From positions 186,001 to 250,000 of the forward strand of contig JALMLS010000562.1 of assembly GCA_038496445.1 (NCBI GenBank): 64,000 nucleotides of DNA, written 5' to 3'. Shown piece by piece: positions 56,164 to 64,000 of the stretch. How positions within the stretch are numbered: position 1 is the stretch's first letter; each line of letters begins with the position of its first letter. Source of the stretch: Trichosphaerium sp. ATCC 40318 (Eukaryota; Protista; Tubulinea). Position numbers and translations under genes: made by a program. Under the pieces are notes generated by a model, which was given only the letters and a program-made list of their open reading frames with translations, was not told the origin of the DNA and searched no databases.

Positions 56164-58579
56164 TTACAACTTTGCCATCTCATCATCACGCAAGCGCAAC
56201 CACTAGGGCGTAATTTAGAAGACGAAATAAAAAATTACTGTCAAAAAAATCTTACCTGCTTGTATTGCCTCAGATTTTGTGGATTGTACATTTCGAGAGC
56301 AAAAAATAGCAGAGTATCGGAATCGCGTTGCCTGCGAATGTGAGGTATCAACGCTATAAACAAAAAAGAATGAGTATTTTCACGTGATACATTTTTTCTT
56401 TTTTGAATTTAAAAATAGCTACAAAGACGGTTTGGTAGTAGTACCTTTGTACTTGCGCCAGAGAATCTTTTTCAAACTATTTCTATGGTACGATGTACCC
56501 ATAAAGTCAAGTAAATTGTCACAATCCTAAAAATGGTACATGAGCTATAAAAAATTCAAAAAAGAAAAGAATCAGATTTGTTTTCCCGTTTCTTACCCTC
56601 TCATCATTTTCTACGCAACCACAACACGGTACGAGATTCCACGAGTGCGAAGGGCCGCTAGTTGTTATCAATTGTTCTTGCCATGATCCCAAGTCATCTT
56701 TTCGCAGTACTTTCAGGCGACAAATAGGACATCGTCCACCTCTACGCCCTTCATAAATGTCTTCCCATACCTTTTGGTAGCAGTAAGTAACGAGTATGCA
56801 GTATCAGAGTAGTTTAATACGCACTCTTTGGCGTCTAGCTTCAGGACTTAGCCCAGCTGTGTCACGGCGCACTGTATCGAAGTAAGAGTTTGTCCCTTCG
56901 CTCGTTTCTGGGCTATTAGGTTGGCTAAACCCGACTTGTACTTGGCGCTCGATGTGGCCATAGAAATCTCCCGTCCTGACAACTTTGTGCTCTTTTTCTT
57001 TTCCCACAAGGGGAAGATCTGGGGTTTCTGATATGAAGTAAATATAGAGCATAACTAATAGATATGTATACGCACCACGGGGCATATGGGTGTGTAGCGG
57101 ACGGCGACCAGTACTAATGTCTGGACCACTTGTTTTTTTCATCATGTTAGATAGCTGTGCAACTTCTCTCGATGTTAATTCTACGGATTGTGCACGTATC
57201 ATTCGTCTCGTTGGCCTGTAACGATTAGCACGTGACATTTACTCTATGAGCGATACCTTCCAGATCGACCATGCTTAACTCGAGTTTTTGCTGCATCTCG
57301 AGATTTGTGACGAACTATTCCATCTCTACGGTGTTTGTGCGATGAGTGTTCCCGTACTCTATGTTCTTTCTTGCGTCTCCCATCCTTTGATCTTGTAGTT
57401 GAACCAACGTTGTGTTCTGTCCGTCGTCTTCTCCTTCCTTCACTGTGTCTACGTGTTCTTCTCTTGATATCACCCACTGGTGTAGGTTTGGAATCATGGT
57501 GTGCTTTTGGTTGTCCTCCGTTAGGTGTTCTGCGTGCTTGTCTTCTCTTATGTACTTCGTGATGTTGATCAACGGTAGTGGACGCCCTTTGTCGGCTCTC
57601 CCGTGGCTTCGGTATTTCTTTTTTGGGTGGCTTTTCTAGCTTTTCTGTCTTTTCAGGAGCTTCTCGTCTCTGCCAACTGTACATATCAGGTACAGGTTGT
57701 TTCGATTTTTCACAAGCGCCTTAAATTATTGGTTACTTACCACTTTGCTCGTGGTTCTGTTTTTCTTGCGTACGTTTCACTCTTGCTTTAAATTCACCGG
57801 TTAATTCTTCCTTCCAAAATACACTAGGTTTTCCTTTGGGATTCACTGTGGCCATTGCACCCCGTTCTATCTGAAGGCAGTTTTAATAGAGTTCCTTTTT
57901 TTCTCAAGATTTCAAAAAAAAAAAAAAAAGGAGGTTGAGCAAAAAAAATGAGTACCAACGATATGGCCGCGTCATATTGATCGTTTAATATGGCTAAGTG
58001 CAAAGGCTAAGATAATGAGTAAATTAATACAACTGGTCGGAGGTGTAACAAAAAAAGCCTTCAAAAATCACGTGATCACTAGCGTTTCGTTTGTTGTAGA
58101 TGTAATTATTTAAATACGTACTGTGTAATTCTCATTGTCGGGCATATCGAGGCTAAACTGCTTTGCTTTGTATTCCCCAGCTAAGAACTTGATCATTTTT
58201 AACGCTCCCTAATGGTCTTTTGTAAGTATGTTATCATGTGAGCCCATTCGACTTACAGACATTGCAGCGATGTGTAGGAATGTTCTACCGTCATTATTTT
58301 TTGCTTTTAATCCAATACCTACACCAATCACGTTGAGAATTAAAAAACAAGTGGCGTTTCGTTTCTTTCTACCTTTGCTGAGCTGCTTCTTCATTGCGCT
58401 TACTTTGTCTGTGGCTGGAAAGAATAATAATTGAGCAAAAGCTACTTGCGCCCTATGTTTGCGTACTTGGGATTTGCCATAGCTCCATATTGCTCCTAAC
58501 CTACTGGAGACTTGCGTACAGCTAAAGGTTGCGTGGAGAATTTGCGAGAAAGTCCACCGAGGTAAAAAAATTTAACCAT
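56164..58579 (-). CDS. Ankyrin-repeat protein with basic linker and C-terminal HNH-like Zn domain
   Basis: DGRTFLHIAA and NYTPLHLAI ankyrin motifs; C-terminal VWEDIY...CPIC...NLVPCCGC...NLLDFM. The start and first intron are uncertain. Confidence 0.7.
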
Positions 58580-58693
58580 GCTTTTTCGAGCTTTCTCAAA
58601 CAGTTTTCATTTAAAGCATACAAGAATCTGTAATTCCAAAAAACCAAAGTAGCACAAAGAAGACTCGTAGTATATAAATATGCAAACACTCTA

Positions 58694-59735
58694 TTATACA
58701 GTAGCGGCCAAGCTCTCATTGCTGCTTTGCGCTGTGGGTGAATCTACATTGGTTTTGTTGGATGACGCGAACAAGAGCATGGCGCATTCATGTGTGATGT
58801 GTGCTGTGAGTCCCCAAATGTCATGTTTGGATTTATACCGTGGTAAGTAAGTGTTTTTCGCACCACCAATTGCAAAATCATCAATTTCAATTTGGTTTGG
58901 GTCGAAGAGAGACGACAAGCTTAATGTTGATGTGAGAAACTAACCATTTAGTTGTATTATGCAAGTACCTTGTAATAAATACGTCATCAATTTCGTCGTT
59001 TGGTTTCCATGATTGCATCAATGCATCTGCATCTGGTACGAAGCCAATGACAGGTGTCACTAGAAATTACAATGAGAAACAGAAGAATACTTTAAATGCA
59101 GGCCTACCTACTACGCCATGTCGTGATAAAAATTCATGGCCTAATCCCAGAACGTTGACATGTTTTTTTGGCATCCCGAGCTCCTCCTCAGTTTCACGTA
59201 ATGCCGTGTCTGCAATGTCCGTATCCGAGTTTTCCGTCATACCTCCGGGAAATGAAACTTGGCCTTTTATTTACATCACGTCAGTACATATTGAGAGTGA
59301 CGAAGAGACTTTGGTTACCTTTGTGAGTGCTAACTTTTTGCGAGCGCAGAGTAAAAATCAAGCTGGTTACGCCATTGTGGTTGCAAAATGGTACAAGTAC
59401 ACCCTAAGAATAAAGTCACAAACTCAGTTGAAAAGAATGAACCTTACGCCCTGGCGATGTTCTGGCTTCTTCCTTATCTTTCGGCGTGATAATTTATTGA
59501 GCCTACAGCACAAAGTAAGTCAGTGACCGTAGTTTGATCTATAAAGCGTCTACCTGTGCGAAATGTCGTTCAAATGTGGCACTTCAAGCTTCGGCGGTGC
59601 CTTTAAGCTTTTTTCGTAATAATGCGGTGTTAATCCATTGTAAGTTATGTTTCTAGTTCCTTGGCTGGTTTTTGTATTATTTTGAAGCGCTTTCGACAAT
59701 TTGTACTGAGTGCTGCCGATAGTTCGTAACAGCAT
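58694..59735 (-). CDS. Nudix CoA diphosphatase (NUDT7/NUDT8-like), presequence-like N-terminus
   Basis: FTLRSQKVSTHKGQVSFPGG, ALRETEEELG, VTPVIG and IWGLTA. Confidence 0.9.
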
Positions 59736-59886
59736 CACTTAAACGTAGAGAGCATGAAAGGGGGGCGTATAGAACAATCAGCAATGCTGTAGCAGTAGTC
59801 AATGTGCTTCTTTTTTTCTGTTTTTTTTTTTGTAGATTATTTACCAACTATTCATACGACAGAAGCATCAACTACGCGCCTGTATA

Positions 59887-61329
59887 ATGGAACCTGCCTC
59901 TGATTCATCTACGAAGACGTCAACAACAGAATCAACTTATAGTAGGGTATTACGCATTAAATACATTATTAAGACCAATCCGTAGATCCATGGCCAAAAT
60001 TTGGAACAAAACAGAACAAACCCGTGGTAGTTATTCTAATTGGTATGGCGGGCAGTGGTACGTACTAGTGCATCAAAACTAGCAACAACAATGCGTTAAT
60101 AACGCTTTGTAATTTGCACGTTGAATTTGTGCTTACTCATTGGTTATTAGGTAAAACCACATTTGTTCACGTAATTGCAACTATAACGACTCGAACATAA
60201 ACCAACTTCTTTTTTTTGTAGAGACTAAACGCACACGTACATTTAAACAAAATACCAAGTTACTTCATAAACTTGGACCCGGCATGTGCCAAAGTACCAT
60301 TTATGGCAAACATTGACATACGTGACACTCTTGATTACAAAAATGGTAAGTATTGCAACATGTAGAGAACCTGTGCTAACCTGGAACGTAGTGATGAAAA
60401 AATACAACTTGGGTCCAAATGGAGGAATCCTTACGTGTCTCAACTTGTTTGCTACACGTATTGATAAAGTAGTTGAATACGTAGAAAAGAAAGCACCACA
60501 CATACAGTATGTTGATCATATTGGCGAGTATTAATAGCATATAGATATGTCTTTATTGATACACCAGGACAAATAGAAGTATTTAATTGGTCAGTAATGT
60601 TACTTGCTATCATGTCACTAAGTTAACACTTAGGTCTGCTTCTGGTACAATCATCACGGAGGCATTCTCATTTAAATATCCAACCGTATTTGCATACGTT
60701 ATTGACACACCACGTTCTACAAAGCCTACAACGTTCATGTCAAATATGCTATACGCATGCTCTATGCTTTACAAAACTAAGTTGCCCTTCACTTGTGTTT
60801 TTAATAAGGTGCACTTTTATTTGCTTGCTTTGTTTGAAATTCTTAATTTTTTCCTTAGATAGATGTTGTAAGCCATCAATTTGCTCTTGAATGGATGTCG
60901 GATTACAGAAAATTTGAAGATGCTATTTTAGCTGAAAACTCGTACATGAGCGATTTTACTTCGTCACTATCACTCATGCTTGAGGAGTTTTACTCGACAA
61001 TGGGCGCTGTTGGTGTATCAGCTATGTCTGGTGTAGGAGTTGACAAATTTTTAAAACAGCTACAAGTTTGCGCTCACGAATATGAGACGTACGTTGGTTT
61101 AATGTGCCTAAGAGCTAATTGATTTAGTGTATTTAAACCAGAGCTTGAAAAACGCAAAGCCGAGAGGAGTGAGGAAGAAGAGAAAAAGAGACAAGCACAG
61201 CTTGAGAAGCTCCGAAAAGACTTACAAAAAACAAAGGGTCAAACAGTTATTGCCGGTGAAGGTAAAGCAAACAGTAAAACACTATCAGAATCACTTGAAG
61301 GTACTACAGATATTAACGTTGTTGTCTAA
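59887..61329 (+). CDS. GPN1: GPN-loop GTPase 1
   Basis: [39 protein letters not shown] and [11 protein letters not shown]. Confidence 0.95.
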
Positions 61330-61431
61330 GAAATTTATAGCTATGGACATTGATAAGAAATAGACAGGCATTTCAAAACTTTTTCTAAATAAAATTGATC
61401 GTATTATCAAAAATATGTATTTGTTTATCGT

Positions 61432-63841
61432 TTATTGTTTACTCATTAAGGAAGCGTATTTTTGCTGATCTTCGTACATTGCATGAAACACTTGGTGTTT
61501 GCGTTCGTGGAAGTTTACAATTTCTGCATTAGAGTTTGGTGCTATAGTACCTCCAACGTTGTTCATCTGCATCATAGCACTTACAATGTCGCCCATGTCG
61601 CCTGACGCTACAGCGCCCAGAATAGCACTGCCTAGGAGCACTGCATCCTAAAAACATTTAGAGTAGCTAATGAGTGTTACTTGTACATCTTCTTTAGAGG
61701 TGATTATCGGACAGCCAGTTATATCTGCGCACTGTTGCATGAATAAAGGATTCTTTGATAATCCTCCCGTAATGAACACGTTGGAAATCTGTTTACAGCC
61801 CTAAAACAAGTTAGCAACAAGAAATCCAAAGTTGCTCACCTGATCTTCACGTGTTTTATTGATAGTATCGATAATATCACGTGTGCCATGCGCAACAGCC
61901 TGAATTGTAGCCAAGTATTGCAACGAGAGATCATAGAATTGATCTTGTGAGGCTAGTGCTAACCCGCTTATGCAACCCTGAGCAATAGTCATTTAAAGGA
62001 ATAGCTAAATGTTTTGTCGTACTTTCGCAAGAGGGTCTGGGCGTGGTGATCGCCTTCCGTGAAAGTAAGGAAGCACATGTAGATCTTTTACAAGGTAACA
62101 AATGTCATCTTTGCCAACACGTGTTCGGATGGCTTCCAAATTAGAGTTGAGGACCTGAAGCGGCCATTAGACATAAGCAAACAAGTGAACGACTTACAGT
62201 GTAAATAGATTCTCCCTTCTGTTCTGCAACTTTGCAGAGTTCAGGATAATCACTGTGAGTTTTGATGTTGTTGTCTACTAGCGAACCAAACGCAGATTGT
62301 CCACCCTATAAAAGTGTGAGAATGGTACTTACTTGTTGGTTTACCTCAATTAACCACATGCCAGGTACCATTGCAGATTTGTAAGGGCCCCATACGCCAT
62401 CCACAAACTGACACTACAGTACAGTAAATACTTGATGCTGTTTATGTCACTAATACCTTTTGTGTAACTGCCATATGACATGCTGAAGTTCCTATTGAAG
62501 TATTCAATCATCGTCACTGATCAAGTGGCGTACCTGCAATAAGCGCTATACGCTCCTCTAGCGACGTAGTGGTAACTTTTTCTCCAGCAATAGATGCGCC
62601 AATAGTACCTGATTGAGAATATAAATTCTTATACACTTGATAGTTAACATTGCGTGCCTAACCCTCCAGCATGTGCATCGATAATGCCAACGCCTACAAC
62701 AGTTTCGGTTGTTAAACCCAGTTCTTTTGCAGCTTTGCTCGTCAGTGCTCCTATGATACATTAGCGAAAGAGCTGTGAACAACTGCGCACCTAGAGGCTG
62801 ACCCATTGGTCCAATATCTGTTCCTATTTTTTTGTATCCGTCCTTGACGAGATCGTCAAGCCCTATCTCGTTAAAAAAAGAATCCTGCCATCCATAGGTA
62901 GAATCTACAAAGTACAATGAAATTAAATCTAAGTGGTTTCTGTACCTTTAGGCTTTTCTGGTCTTTTATGCTCTAAGTACGTCCACTTACATACGACCGT
63001 ACAAAGGGAGCGCCTATCCACACCTACTCATGTCATTTACGATATTTTAAGCGTTAGAGGGTACCTGTAGCGCGGTACGTTAAGTAGTCAGCCAAATCAA
63101 AAATCTTACATGCCTTTTCCCAGATCTCAGGATTATTTTTTTTTATCCACAGCATTTTGGGCGTTTCCATTTCAGGGATACTTTACCGCCAACGTGCTTT
63201 AATACTAGCGCATGTTAAGGTAAGGAGTGATGGAGTTGAACAACCTTCGTGGTGAGTCCCGTTTATTAGTGCTGTCTATCGTTTGGTAAACAACTTCTTT
63301 TCATTTGCAGATAGGTTGTATTGTACCTCGGCCATAGAACGATGATCCATCCACAATATTATATCATAAACAAGCTCACTGTCCTTGTCTGGGCAAACTG
63401 AAAGTGGTTCGTCGTTGGCACCGAGTACCACTCTGTGAATTGTGAGCTGAAAACGTAGAAAGCACGTGATAAAATAATACTAACAGTGAGCAAGTTGCGT
63501 CGAATCCCACACCTCTAATATCACTTGCACTTACTTTGGATAGCTCTAAGGCTTTCTTAACGGACACGCATATAGCCTACAATGAAAACATTACAAAATG
63601 CTGGGTTTGACGCCACACCTTCCAAATGTCTTCAGAGCTTTGATTGTACCAGTCATTGTTCGTGTTTTTTGTCGAAATGTCATTTTTTGCGCTACCGAGC
63701 AGTTTACCACTGCTATTAAATATCCCTAGCGCGCGTATTGTTAATTTTTTGTAAATTGAGGCTTCGTTTCCGTTTTACAGTGTCCTTACCTGCTCTAGCG
63801 CTTCCTGTACCTACATCTATACCCAGATAGTACTTTGACAT
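61432..63841 (-). CDS. FGGY: FGGY-family carbohydrate kinase (D-ribulokinase-like)
   Basis: [51 protein letters not shown] and [11 protein letters not shown]. Confidence 0.92.
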
Positions 63842-64000
63842 GGTGACAATCAAATTGGAAGATTCTGTAGGCTTAAGTATGTGTTCAACAATTCAAATAA
63901 GTTCACAGCTATTGTTACAATTTTTCTATTCACATTTTTGTAGTAGTAAGCGCATCGTCAGATTCACTGGACACGCGTTTGAGTACTCCTGCCAGCTGCG

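Overview
Eukaryotic nuclear DNA from a very compact, AT-rich protist genome. About 31 protein-coding genes are packed 50-350 bp apart and split by many short (mostly 30-60 nt) spliceosomal introns. Donors are GTACGT/GTGCGT/GTAAGT-type, a pattern that suggests an amoebozoan (inference). Standard genetic code. I rebuilt the gene models by hand across introns: JmjC protein, USP32-like DUB, SMCR8-like, filamin-repeat protein, GAPVD1-like, ankyrin proteins, V-ATPase D, mitochondrial RNB nuclease, PH protein, RPS9, secreted Asp-box sialidase-like protein, mucin-like membrane protein, PEX3, PA2G4, Sds3-like, Rpt2/PSMC1, SLC26, G-alpha, J-domain protein, RWDD1, RPL26, SIVA-like, NSUN2, ARGLU1, NUDT8-like, GPN1 and FGGY. 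I saw no rRNA, tRNA, CRISPR array or intact transposon. The most interesting signals are non-coding. (1) Three intergenic, strongly base-paired elements that I cannot assign to a known RNA family; two of them share a ~32-nt upstream motif plus TTTATTTA, as expected for dedicated ncRNA genes. (2) Unusually long introns in RPS9, RPL26 and ARGLU1 that fold over their own 5' splice sites or hold candidate poison exons; the RPS9 intron resembles the uS4-binding region of 18S rRNA. (3) An ankyrin protein ending in a degenerate HNH-like zinc domain. (4) One candidate U12-type intron. All structures were paired by eye, and exon boundaries need RNA-seq confirmation.
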